This document shows positions 34,645 to 43,480 of a DNA stretch of 64,000 nucleotides, piece after piece (positions within the stretch are counted from its first letter, which is position 1; every line of letters starts with the position of its first letter). The notes beneath the pieces were generated by a model, which made no database searches, was not told the DNA's origin, and saw nothing but the letters and a program-made list of their open reading frames with translations. The stretch is from positions 1 through 64,000 of the IMG/VR virus record IMGVR_UViG_3300018875_000004. One strand, given 5' to 3'. The stretch is from a virus. The position numbers were made by a program, and so were the translations under genes.

Positions 34645-36729
34645 TTACACTGCGCAGCTTTCGCAGTCTTCTTTTTGTAAGTCTCTGGAGCGAGTGTAAT
34701 ACAAGCTCTTCAGGCCTTTCATTTCAGCGTACATATACAAGTTTGCGATCTCAGCCGTTTCCATGTTGGAATCGACGAACAGAATGCAGCTGATACCTTG
34801 GTCAATATGAACCTGTGCCGCTGCTACAACATCGATTACGTTGTACGGATCCATGTGATACGCCGACTTATACAGGAAGTTCGTTCTTGGAGACAGGAAC
34901 GGCATTGGATAGCAAGTTTTCGCATCGCCGTAAGTCCGCGTCTCAACCTGATCGGTGATTGGCATGATCGACTGTGTAGCATTCTGGATATAGGAAATAC
35001 TCTGTGTCGGAGCGATCGCCAGGCGGTATGCGTGCCACAATCCATTTTTCATAACCTGTGGTTTCAGCGCAGCCCAGTCTGCTGGTCCTGGAAGCTTCAT
35101 GCCTTCGAACAGTTTCTGAACGGTTACGTCTGTCGGACGATAATCATTCTCTAAATAGTGGTCGAAGTATGATCCGTCCGCATAGGATGATTGCTCAAAG
35201 CCTTTGAACGTTTCGCCTTTCTCGACCGCGATCTCCATCGAACGAACCAGACTGTGGTAGTTCATCAACATGGTAAAGACGCTGATCACTTCCAGTGCGC
35301 GGTCGGATTCGTAAGGGATGCCGACGCTGGCCAGATAGCCGTGGAAGTTCATGACGCCAAGACCGGTGCTGTGCATTTCATCGTTGGCTTTCTTGACGGA
35401 AGGAACCGTTGTGTTATTGGAACGCAGGATTACGTCTGTCAGCAGGTCCATCGCATTATAGACAGCTTCCTGAATGCTCTTGTGCATCATGATGTTATAC
35501 ATGTTCAGGGAGCTCAGTACACAGTTGATGTCGCGTTTGATTTGGTCTTCCTCGAAGTAGTCGTTAATCTCCGAAGCTTCAGACAGCTGGAAGATTTCCG
35601 TACAGAGATTGCTGAACGATACATCGCCCAGGGCAGCCAGCGGATGGAACTTGTTAGCGTTCGTCTGGAACATGATGTACGGGTATCCGGATTCGATCTG
35701 AACACGGGACAGGTCATTCATGAACTTCCGTGCGCTTTCCGGCTTGGACTTACGGACATTCGGGTTATTCAGAGCATCTTCATACAGCTCATCGAAGTTG
35801 AATTTACTCATCGGCACGCCGTATTCTTTCTTGATGTCGTAAGGGCTGAAGCGAACGAAGTCTTCGCCTTTATCCATCAGCTCGAAGAATTTACGTGGGA
35901 TGATCACGCCGACCGACAATGTTTTCAGGCGGATCTTCTCGTCTGCGTTGAATTTCTTACTGTTGATCAGGTCAGGTGTATCTGGGTGGAAGATGCTTGC
36001 GTAAGCTGCGCCAGATCCTTTACGCTGCCCCATTTGGTCTGCGTAGGAGAATGCGTCTTCCATCAGCTTCGCTACAGGCATCAGGCCTTTGGCTGCGCCT
36101 TCGACGCCTTTGATTGGGTCGCCGCTTGATCGTAAATCGGTCAGGTTGACGGATACGCCGCCGCCGACTTTACTCAGCTGCATGCAGGAGTTCAGTACAT
36201 AGTTGATCGAGTTCAGGCTATCTTCTGCATGAAGCAGGTAGCAGCTGATCAGCTCGCCTCTACGGGCGCGTCCGGCATTCATATACGATGGTGTGGCTGG
36301 TTGAACGTCCTGAGCCATCAGGCTGTGCAGGTAACGTTTCGCACGTTCGAAATCGCCTTTCGCATAGAACAGTGAAGCGATAACGTTTTTGTCTTCGTAA
36401 TGCTCCAGGTATTCTTTGCGATCGTCAGTCCGCAGCGCGTAGTTCTTGTAGAACTTCGACATAGACATGTACGACTTGTGTTCAAAGTTGTAGCTTTCAG
36501 CGATGGCGTGCATCTGCTTAATTTGACTGATGTTGTATTCATGCAGCAGTTCTGGATAGTAATAGTCATTGGCTACCAGCCAGACGATGCGTTCACGGAT
36601 GCTGTTAAATCGTCTGTACTTCGCATCCACTTCTTTTTTCAGTTCTTCCATAGCCAGCTTGTCGTAATGCAGCTGGTAAAAGCCGTCAAGCTTTTGAAGA
36701 ACCATACCGTTGAGTTCCTTATGGTTCAA
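34645..36729 (-). CDS. nrdE: class Ib ribonucleotide reductase alpha subunit
   Basis: QPATP, ELISC, GGGV, SNLCTEI, APTQSIS, KSLYY, C-terminal CESC. Confidence 0.97.
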   Translation of the reverse strand: MNHKELNGMVLQKLDGFYQLHYDKLAMEELKKEVDAKYRRFNSIRERIVWLVANDYYYPELLHEYNISQIKQMHAIAESYNFEHKSYMSMSKFYKNYALRTDDRKEYLEHYEDKNVIASLFYAKGDFERAKRYLHSLMAQDVQPATPSYMNAGRARRGELISCYLLHAEDSLNSINYVLNSCMQLSKVGGGVSVNLTDLRSSGDPIKGVEGAAKGLMPVAKLMEDAFSYADQMGQRKGSGAAYASIFHPDTPDLINSKKFNADEKIRLKTLSVGVIIPRKFFELMDKGEDFVRFSPYDIKKEYGVPMSKFNFDELYEDALNNPNVRKSKPESARKFMNDLSRVQIESGYPYIMFQTNANKFHPLAALGDVSFSNLCTEIFQLSEASEINDYFEEDQIKRDINCVLSSLNMYNIMMHKSIQEAVYNAMDLLTDVILRSNNTTVPSVKKANDEMHSTGLGVMNFHGYLASVGIPYESDRALEVISVFTMLMNYHSLVRSMEIAVEKGETFKGFEQSSYADGSYFDHYLENDYRPTDVTVQKLFEGMKLPGPADWAALKPQVMKNGLWHAYRLAIAPTQSISYIQNATQSIMPITDQVETRTYGDAKTCYPMPFLSPRTNFLYKSAYHMDPYNVIDVVAAAQVHIDQGISCILFVDSNMETAEIANLYMYAEMKGLKSLYYTRSRDLQKEDCESCAV

Positions 36730-37117
36730 GTTTATTCACCTCTTCTAAGAATTTATCAACATCAGACGCAAGACCTTGCAGCTCGAACTTGTGCAGCAGC
36801 GGCACGTCGTACTGTTTAGAAATAATATCGCCGGCTCTCGCGAACATGCCGGGGCTGAAACGATCCCAGTTCCGATTGCCACTTGCGGCGACAGCAACCA
36901 TGTAAGCATGGTTATGTACCAAAAAGTCTGTGACTTCTTCCGGAACCTGGCCCATGCCGACTGTGCTTGTAATCAGAATGAAAGGATGCCGCATCCGTAA
37001 AGCAGGTGTAATCTTGATGGCTCGCATGCCTGTCTTCTTTACAAACGTTTCGACTTTGCCAGTCAGGGAGAAATAGCAGATCATGGGACGATCTACAGAT
37101 GTCTTTTTCAAATCCAT
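36719..37117 (-). CDS. nrdI: NrdI flavodoxin
   Basis: YFSLTGKVETFV, T.GMGQVP, SGNRNW, KFELQG. Confidence 0.95.
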   Translation of the reverse strand: MDLKKTSVDRPMICYFSLTGKVETFVKKTGMRAIKITPALRMRHPFILITSTVGMGQVPEEVTDFLVHNHAYMVAVAASGNRNWDRFSPGMFARAGDIISKQYDVPLLHKFELQGLASDVDKFLEEVNKLEP

Positions 37118-37138
37118 TTTATCATTACCTTCCCATTT

Positions 37139-37152
37139 TGTAACGCGTTACA
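37139..37152. promoter_or_regulatory. operator palindrome upstream of nrdI
   Basis: Perfect TGTAACGCGTTACA. Confidence 0.75.
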
Positions 37153-37257
37153 ATGTGCGCATAGACTATTTTATTCTAAATTTTTCTTGAATGAAAGACT
37201 TGACATTTAAAAAACCCCAACATATTGTGTCGGGGCCTTTCGATAGATACTACAAAA

Positions 37258-37659
37258 TCAAGCTGGGATCGACGGATAGATGCCGATTGACACCCCGTAT
37301 TCGTATTCAGCAGCAAGCACGGCTTTAATCTGTTCGATGGTCAGGCCGGTCTCCTTCAGGCGCTCATGAACGAACTGGTCACGACCTGCTTCGCTGTATA
37401 CCGGCGCATCCAGCAAGCCTTCGCTGTCTTCCATCGTATTCGCAAGCAGGCGTGTTGTCAGATCCATCATATCTTCCAGCAGCTCCAGACCACCAACATG
37501 CTCCGAGTATTCTTCCAGTGCGCGGCACAGGTATCCGCCAGCGTGGGAACTTCCGAAGGTCATGTCCGTTAGACCGGCGATCTCGTCAAACATTTCATCC
37601 TCAGCTTTACCTTTCAGGGTGTTAAGGTTATGCAGATATTGTTCGTATACTTGTTTCAT
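37258..37659 (-). CDS. hypothetical protein
   Basis: RBS AGAGG; operator copy at 37686-37699; terminator 37209-37237. Confidence 0.75.
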   Translation of the reverse strand: MKQVYEQYLHNLNTLKGKAEDEMFDEIAGLTDMTFGSSHAGGYLCRALEEYSEHVGGLELLEDMMDLTTRLLANTMEDSEGLLDAPVYSEAGRDQFVHERLKETGLTIEQIKAVLAAEYEYGVSIGIYPSIPA

Positions 37660-37891
37660 GGCTATTTCCTCTTTTCGTTTTGTTTTGTAATGCGTTACAA
37701 TTCTTCGAATCCCTCTTTATCCTCTGCTTCTTCTTCGGTTGTTTGGCAGCTTGGACAGAAAGAGACATTACAGCATGGACAGGTAGTAAAATATTCCAAA
37801 CATGACTGACAATACATATTCCTTCGTCCTTTCAGATGAAATAAATCGACCAGTTGTTCAGATCCGAAACTAAAAATCGCTTAGAAACGAA

Positions 37892-37919
37892 ACTGCGCAT
37901 AATCTTAATTATACGCCGT
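37892..37919. other. dif-like tyrosine-recombinase site (11-6-11)
   Basis: ACTGCGCATAA-TCTTAA-TTATACGCCGT. Confidence 0.5.
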
Positions 37920-38010
37920 TTTTATAGATCGATTATCCTCGTACCGATGGCCGTGAAAAGTATAATAATCGATCTAAAAGGAAAGGGCGCCAAACGCTGA
38001 TTTGGCGTAC

Positions 38011-38184
38011 TTATCCAGCGATGCTCTGCAGATAGAAGGAAATCATGCAAAGGTATGCCACCATTGCGATTCCGTCCACGACAACGCCTAGAGGAGCCTT
38101 TTCTTTCAGGTATTTCACCACGCCAAGGCCAGACATCGCGGCTGCAAAAAGCAAGAGTACGACAACGATCCAGGGGTCGATCAT
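38011..38184 (-). CDS. 57-aa two-helix membrane protein (not in ORF track)
   Basis: MIDPWIVVVLLLFAAAMSGLGVV...; ATGA overlap; terminator follows. Confidence 0.65.
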   Translation of the reverse strand: MIDPWIVVVLLLFAAAMSGLGVVKYLKEKAPLGVVVDGIAMVAYLCMISFYLQSIAG

Positions 38185-38492
38185 GCTTGGACCCCGTATC
38201 CCTTGAACAGTTTGCGGACGCTGCGCTCTGCTACTTCCAACTCGATCGCGGCCTTCTTCACTTCCGCATCGTTTGGCATCTTCTTCAGCAGCATTGCTGC
38301 ATCACTCAGCAGCTTCTGGATATTGGTGTGCAGCACAGTGAAGTCATAGGTATGTTCCTCCACTCTCGCGCGGGTTGCTGCATCGTTCTCCATCAGACCG
38401 CGGCCGATTGCTTCGACCACAGTCCCCGTTTTTACATCGATCATAACGACATCGCCGTTATCCAATTTCTTGGCTACGGTATTTTTACTCAT
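38181..38492 (-). CDS. hypothetical protein
   Basis: RBS GAGGAG. Confidence 0.7.
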   Translation of the reverse strand: MSKNTVAKKLDNGDVVMIDVKTGTVVEAIGRGLMENDAATRARVEEHTYDFTVLHTNIQKLLSDAAMLLKKMPNDAEVKKAAIELEVAERSVRKLFKGYGVQA

Positions 38493-38678
38493 GATGATTC
38501 TCTCCTCTTGTTGCCGGCATTCAACCGGTGATGATTTTGATCATGGATGTAGAGATGAAAACTGCACCCAGCAGCAGGCCGTAGATACCCACTGCGTATT
38601 CCCTTTCCTCGACAATCTTGACTGACCCCGCACTGTAAGCAAATATCCCGAGAATCAGACCTCCGATCCCAGACAGCA

Positions 38679-38972
38679 TTACTCTACTGTCGTCCAGTCT
38701 TCCGCAAGAATGTCTGCATGGGAAGGCAGCCAGCCTGGTTGCCATTGTTCTGCAGCAGTAAACTGTGCGATATACGGCTGAGAATCAAGTGGCGTATCGA
38801 CGCCGATATGCTTGGCAGTGCGGTCGTTTACTTTCGGGCCTGGCTCTTGCTGGGAGTGTGGCGGCAGGAACAGGGATGGCATCAGCACGATCCATACTCC
38901 TTGTCGATTCCAGCCTTGACGTGCTACTTTTCTTCCTGCCTTCATGACTTCAATTGCTTGTCCAAAGTTCAT
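38679..38972 (-). CDS. DUF2829-family protein (Tad2-like anti-defence sponge candidate)
   Basis: MNFGQAI..MK.G.KVAR.GWN...WQPGWLPS..DILAEDW. Confidence 0.8.
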   Translation of the reverse strand: MNFGQAIEVMKAGRKVARQGWNRQGVWIVLMPSLFLPPHSQQEPGPKVNDRTAKHIGVDTPLDSQPYIAQFTAAEQWQPGWLPSHADILAEDWTTVE

Positions 38973-39013
38973 ATGATTGCTCACTTTCTGCAGCCGTGCT
39001 GCGGTAGGTTTTT

Positions 39014-39502
39014 TTATGCGTTGACTGTTACACAATCCAGGCGAACGAATTTGTTGGCGAATGCCAGAAGGAATGCGGTGTTCGTTGGCTTCGGCTCCAA
39101 CAGCGGCGATGGAGAATTGTCTGCTTCGTGTCCTTCAATCATGCCAAGAATGGTATCGAAGATTGGACCGCTCAGGTCTTTGCGGATCGGCTGCAGCAGC
39201 GTGCGAACCATGACCGGATGGATGCGGCGGTATTGGTCGCCTGTCTCATTATGGCAAAGGTCTTGCAGCAGCACAGCCGCGCGGAAGGCGTCCGCCAGTC
39301 CAGGTGCGCCGGCTTCTTCGCCCAGCAGGCCCATCAGAACCGCGTAGGTCTTCTTGGTGTGCGACAGCAGCTCCTCGTCTTGATAGAAGCTTTCAGGTGC
39401 CATCGACAGAGCATTCACGACGAAGTTTTTAATCTCCGGCGTTTTGATTTCTTCAATCTGGTCTTTCATTTCAAGTACGGCTGGTTTCAATTCGGTTGTC
39501 AT
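39014..39502 (-). CDS. HD-domain-like protein, HD replaced by QD
   Basis: APESFY, LSHTKK, AVLLQDL, HPVMV, IEGH. Confidence 0.6.
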   Translation of the reverse strand: MTTELKPAVLEMKDQIEEIKTPEIKNFVVNALSMAPESFYQDEELLSHTKKTYAVLMGLLGEEAGAPGLADAFRAAVLLQDLCHNETGDQYRRIHPVMVRTLLQPIRKDLSGPIFDTILGMIEGHEADNSPSPLLEPKPTNTAFLLAFANKFVRLDCVTVNA

Positions 39503-39504
39503 TG

Positions 39505-39738
39505 TTATCGTCTCCCCACGTTTTCTCTTGCACAGCTTGCATGCGATTTATTGGCGATCTCCCAATCCAGGTTGATCTTCCATGATCCATTGCTGCCACC
39601 CGGTGACTTGCTGGATGGCTCCTTTACATTGAAGCCGCAGAACCGGCAGTAGACCGGCTCCTCGACAGCTTTGCGCGTTTGTTGCATCAGGATTTGCTCG
39701 AAGCTCATTCCTGGGATGCCACTATTCTTTCTGGCCAC
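39505..39738 (-). CDS. small Zn-binding protein
   Basis: CRFC...HASC. Confidence 0.6.
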   Translation of the reverse strand: MARKNSGIPGMSFEQILMQQTRKAVEEPVYCRFCGFNVKEPSSKSPGGSNGSWKINLDWEIANKSHASCARENVGRR

Positions 39739-40030
39739 TTTCCTTCACCTCTTCCGGCACGTCCGTCCAATTCATGTCGATGGCTCTCACACCATTGATC
39801 GTGCGGTCGATATCCATGAGGACGCCGATCTTATTCAGCTTGCCGTCACGATAGTATTTGACGCCTTCTCCGATAAACGGGCGGAGCGGTTCAAAGTTAA
39901 TGCGGTCTTGCTCGTGATTGTAATGAACGATTTCACCAGTCGGCAGCGTGTAGGATTCAATGAACCCTGCATTCTCTCCGACTTCCGGCACAGCAACCCA
40001 TTGGATGGTGATCCATTTCTCTTGACTCAT
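39722..40030 (-). CDS. hypothetical protein
   Basis: ATGA coupling. Confidence 0.6.
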   Translation of the reverse strand: MSQEKWITIQWVAVPEVGENAGFIESYTLPTGEIVHYNHEQDRINFEPLRPFIGEGVKYYRDGKLNKIGVLMDIDRTINGVRAIDMNWTDVPEEVKESGQKE

Positions 40031-40206
40031 GCGCGGCTTACCCGCATAGACGGAACCGAACCATCGTTTGTGCATCTCGGGTTGATATACTTGTCCTCAA
40101 AGGCAGTCACGGCAGTAAGTAAGTTGCTTTCCACACCAGTAACGCCCGCCTTCTTTGCGTCTACCAGTGATTTAATGTATTGCAGATGCTCATCGATTTT
40201 CAACAT
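40027..40206 (-). CDS. hypothetical protein
   Basis: RBS GAGGAG before ATG 40206. Confidence 0.55.
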   Translation of the reverse strand: MLKIDEHLQYIKSLVDAKKAGVTGVESNLLTAVTAFEDKYINPRCTNDGSVPSMRVSRA

Positions 40207-40228
40207 GACAGAATCTCTCCTCGTATGA

Positions 40229-40810
40229 TTATTGTTTGATTTGGTAGATGCCCAGGTGATCGGCGTCAACCAGTGTGAATTTGCCTTGACTTACGTTGTT
40301 GATGAAGTATTCCAGCTGCTGTCCGATGTATGGGATCATCTTGGATGTGTCAGCATCGGCTTCGCCCTCAGCGCGCATGATTACTTCGCCACCCGGCAGG
40401 ATGATTTTATGAACGCCGCCGTGGCCGCTTTCACATTCGACATAGAACAGTCGGAAGTCAATTCCGTCCAGGTCAATACGCTGTCTGCGGATCATCATGT
40501 TCAGGACTTTCTCGTTGTGCTTCTCGGTGTTGCAGATGGAACCTTCTTCATACAGGATGCAGCTGCGGCATTCCATGTTGGAAGAATTGAAGTTTCTGCA
40601 TTTGAAGCACAGCGGGCATTCGTGGAAACGAATGCACTCGCCGTACACTTGATGTCTTGGCATATTCAGCGGATCTTCCTTGGACAGAACCTTTCCTTTT
40701 GGCGCCTTAAAGGTCTCCTGCTTCATTTGACCGGCTTTGTATTGCTCAAGCATGTCTCTGCGATCGGTGGCCGATAAGTTGCCTTGGTAAGCTTTCTGTA
40801 AGAAATCCAT
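40229..40810 (-). CDS. Cys-rich hypothetical protein
   Basis: C..CPLCFKC..CRSC..C cluster; RBS AAGGGG. Confidence 0.75.
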   Translation of the reverse strand: MDFLQKAYQGNLSATDRRDMLEQYKAGQMKQETFKAPKGKVLSKEDPLNMPRHQVYGECIRFHECPLCFKCRNFNSSNMECRSCILYEEGSICNTEKHNEKVLNMMIRRQRIDLDGIDFRLFYVECESGHGGVHKIILPGGEVIMRAEGEADADTSKMIPYIGQQLEYFINNVSQGKFTLVDADHLGIYQIKQ

Positions 40811-40826
40811 CTGTGATATCCCCTTC

Positions 40827-41189
40827 TTATTCTTCTTCTTTGGCTTCTTCTGCTGGGTCTTCTACGCCCAGGCGGATCATGTCATTCAGAGACAGCATCG
40901 AACGCTGGTTGGCTACATTCGGGTCTTTCTCGATGGCTTTCTCCGCTTCTTCGACTTTAACTTCGAGCCAAGAGATTTCGTCGGCCATGCCTTCGATAGT
41001 CTCCTGCAGGGCTTTCAGCTTCATCGGACGTTCGTCGTCGCGGTTCTTCTGCGGCGGATTGGTGGACATCTCGCGAGACATCTCACCGTATTCCTTTTGC
41101 AGCTTGCGGGACTGCATATCCAGATCTGTAATGCGGTCGTTCATGATGACGACCAGTTGTGCTGTTGTAAAGTGTTTTCCGATTAACAT
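40827..41189 (-). CDS. coiled-coil hypothetical protein
   Basis: RBS AAGGAG before ATG 41189. Confidence 0.7.
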   Translation of the reverse strand: MLIGKHFTTAQLVVIMNDRITDLDMQSRKLQKEYGEMSREMSTNPPQKNRDDERPMKLKALQETIEGMADEISWLEVKVEEAEKAIEKDPNVANQRSMLSLNDMIRLGVEDPAEEAKEEE

Positions 41190-41200
41190 GGTAAGTCTCC

Positions 41201-42946
41201 TTATTTGTAGAATTTGATAACCAGGTTGTCGAGGTAAACCGGTATGCGGTTTGTCCAATCGATTTCCGGTTCTTCCAGAATGAATGTGACGGCTTCGCTT
41301 GCTGGCGATACGATCGTGCCGGACTTAGCCGTCACCTGAACCAGGTACTCTTTGTCCTCGATCAGGTTGGAGAGGATCGCTTCATTGACTCCCTCCACCT
41401 CAACACCAAGATAGATGCTATGGTTGAAGATGCGGAACTTGGCAGCTGGCCCGTCGTAATCCCACGTCAGCTTCACGCTGTTGTCGTCACGAACAATGGC
41501 CTTCACGTTGTACGGCGCCGGCAGCGCTTCTTCGAGTGCCTGATACATCTGCACATCGTAGATAATCCAGGATTGGTCGATCATGCGTTGATCCCACGCT
41601 TCGCCGGTATCCGGGAACGTGACGATCGGAGACGCTGCAGTCAGGCGCCAGTAGCGAGCTATCGCGTTTACACTCAGGTCAATGGATACCAGCGGCTGGC
41701 TATGGGTGCTGACGGACTCGACATACGTCCAGGTGTTGCCATCCTCAGACGTTTCAATCTCTACCAGATCCACGCCGTAGTCAGCGGATTGCAGGAAGGT
41801 AATGTTCCGCAGCCCGGTCGGAGCTTTCAAGTCAAAGCCAATCCAGGCCAGGCCGTCTACGTTACCGGCTTGCAGGGAACCCCATGCGGTTACGCCGCTG
41901 TCATCAATTACATTCTTGGCATCCCATTCACCAGCAATGCCAAGCCGATCGCCGCTGCTGAATACCTCAGCGCCCGGTGTGATATCAATATCCGTGTCTG
42001 CCACCAACATACGAATGGTTGGAACAGCAGACTCTTGTCCAATCAGGTTGATGAATTGGATCGACTGCCCGGCATTGTAGTCCACGATGAATTGCTTGCC
42101 GAAGTAGGTGATCGTCAGCTTGCCGGTACCGTTGCCGGAAATCGTCAGCTTGGATGCAGGCAGGAAGCCGTTGTTCTGGTAGAACATATCCCTTGTCAGC
42201 GTGACGCCCAGTGGAATCTTCACGGCGTGAGCCGGGCTGTCGCCCTCGTTCGTGTAAAGCATGTTGTCCTTCTGGAAGTCGAAGCGTCCTACGCCATCGA
42301 TATTCAGCCAGAAGATGGAGTCAGCCACCGGTATCACATTGCGCGGTGCGATATTCATCTCCACGGAGAATGCGGTGTACGCATCGATCTCCTGCGGCAG
42401 CACCTGCTTGAATCCCTTGAGCTGATACATCAGTCGCTCGCTGTTGTATTCGGCCGTATCAGAGCTGAATCCAATCGGGTATTCCGGTGTAGCGAACGTG
42501 GTGTAAACCAGCGTCTGCGTCAACACAGGTGGCTGGTATTCTTGCTCCAGCATCGCCAGGTTGTTTGCTTTCAGCTCGGCATTATAAGTCGGCGTGACGT
42601 GGTAGATGTCTTCGCCCAGCGGATTCGTAATGGCCGTCTTGCTGATCAAGCCGACGATGACATCCTGGGATACGTCCTTGTTGTTTTTCACATGGAATAC
42701 CCATTTGTTCTGTTCTGCAATGCGGATACGCTGCAGATCGACATCGTGACTGGTGTTGCCTGCTGGGAAGACGAATGTGCCGGTTTTGGATTCCGTCCGG
42801 ACGCTTTCGTTATCGATCAGCTCGGTAACTCTGGCAATAAAGATCATCTCAATATCTCCATTATCCCGAGCCTTGTAGCTTTGCACTTCGAAGGAAAACT
42901 CGATTCGATGTGACTTGTCTTGGTTGAAGAAGTATGCGTATTTCAT
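41201..42946 (-). CDS. beta-rich protein with discoidin (F5/8-like) and fibronectin-III domains
   Basis: NVIDDS..TAW, WIGFDL, SEDGNTW, ARYWRL; PAPYNV..VKLTW..LSNL....Y.VQVTA. Confidence 0.8.
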   Translation of the reverse strand: MKYAYFFNQDKSHRIEFSFEVQSYKARDNGDIEMIFIARVTELIDNESVRTESKTGTFVFPAGNTSHDVDLQRIRIAEQNKWVFHVKNNKDVSQDVIVGLISKTAITNPLGEDIYHVTPTYNAELKANNLAMLEQEYQPPVLTQTLVYTTFATPEYPIGFSSDTAEYNSERLMYQLKGFKQVLPQEIDAYTAFSVEMNIAPRNVIPVADSIFWLNIDGVGRFDFQKDNMLYTNEGDSPAHAVKIPLGVTLTRDMFYQNNGFLPASKLTISGNGTGKLTITYFGKQFIVDYNAGQSIQFINLIGQESAVPTIRMLVADTDIDITPGAEVFSSGDRLGIAGEWDAKNVIDDSGVTAWGSLQAGNVDGLAWIGFDLKAPTGLRNITFLQSADYGVDLVEIETSEDGNTWTYVESVSTHSQPLVSIDLSVNAIARYWRLTAASPIVTFPDTGEAWDQRMIDQSWIIYDVQMYQALEEALPAPYNVKAIVRDDNSVKLTWDYDGPAAKFRIFNHSIYLGVEVEGVNEAILSNLIEDKEYLVQVTAKSGTIVSPASEAVTFILEEPEIDWTNRIPVYLDNLVIKFYK

Positions 42947-43468
42947 TTACTTGGTGCCTCCCTTCGTCAGCGTGATCTTGAGCTGGGAGCTGTCTTTCCA
43001 CGAAGAAAGGGAAGTCCCGATGATCGCTTCCGCGCTGCCGTCTGGCTTGAGTGTGAGCCCCTGTGACTGTTCATCAAACTCAGCATTTGCTCGCAGTCCG
43101 AACAGCAGGGCAACGAATCCGCCTTGGTCAATCTCAATCTCCGACAAGGCAACCATATGGGCTTGTCCGTCCTCGATCATCTGGAGGTTGCGCTCTTTCA
43201 GCAGCTGCAGATTGCGATAGACATTCAGCTTGATGGATTCAAGGCGATTAAGCCGCCCTTCAACCACACGCTTCTTCTCCAGGTCACGCATGGCGCGTGC
43301 TGTCTCGGCTTCATCGACCACCGATTCCGTCAGCTTGTCCCATTCGGCTTCATACAAAGCAATCGCGCTTTCGAGTCTGATCTTTTGCGTAATGTCCTGC
43401 TGCAGATACGTCCGCAGATAGTTACGGTTCTGATCCGGGGTGTTGGCCATAATTCTGATTTGGTCCAC
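42947..43468 (-). CDS. hypothetical protein
   Basis: GTG start after AAGGAGG. Confidence 0.75.
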   Translation of the reverse strand: MDQIRIMANTPDQNRNYLRTYLQQDITQKIRLESAIALYEAEWDKLTESVVDEAETARAMRDLEKKRVVEGRLNRLESIKLNVYRNLQLLKERNLQMIEDGQAHMVALSEIEIDQGGFVALLFGLRANAEFDEQSQGLTLKPDGSAEAIIGTSLSSWKDSSQLKITLTKGGTK

Positions 43469-43480
43469 TTGGGTACCTCC

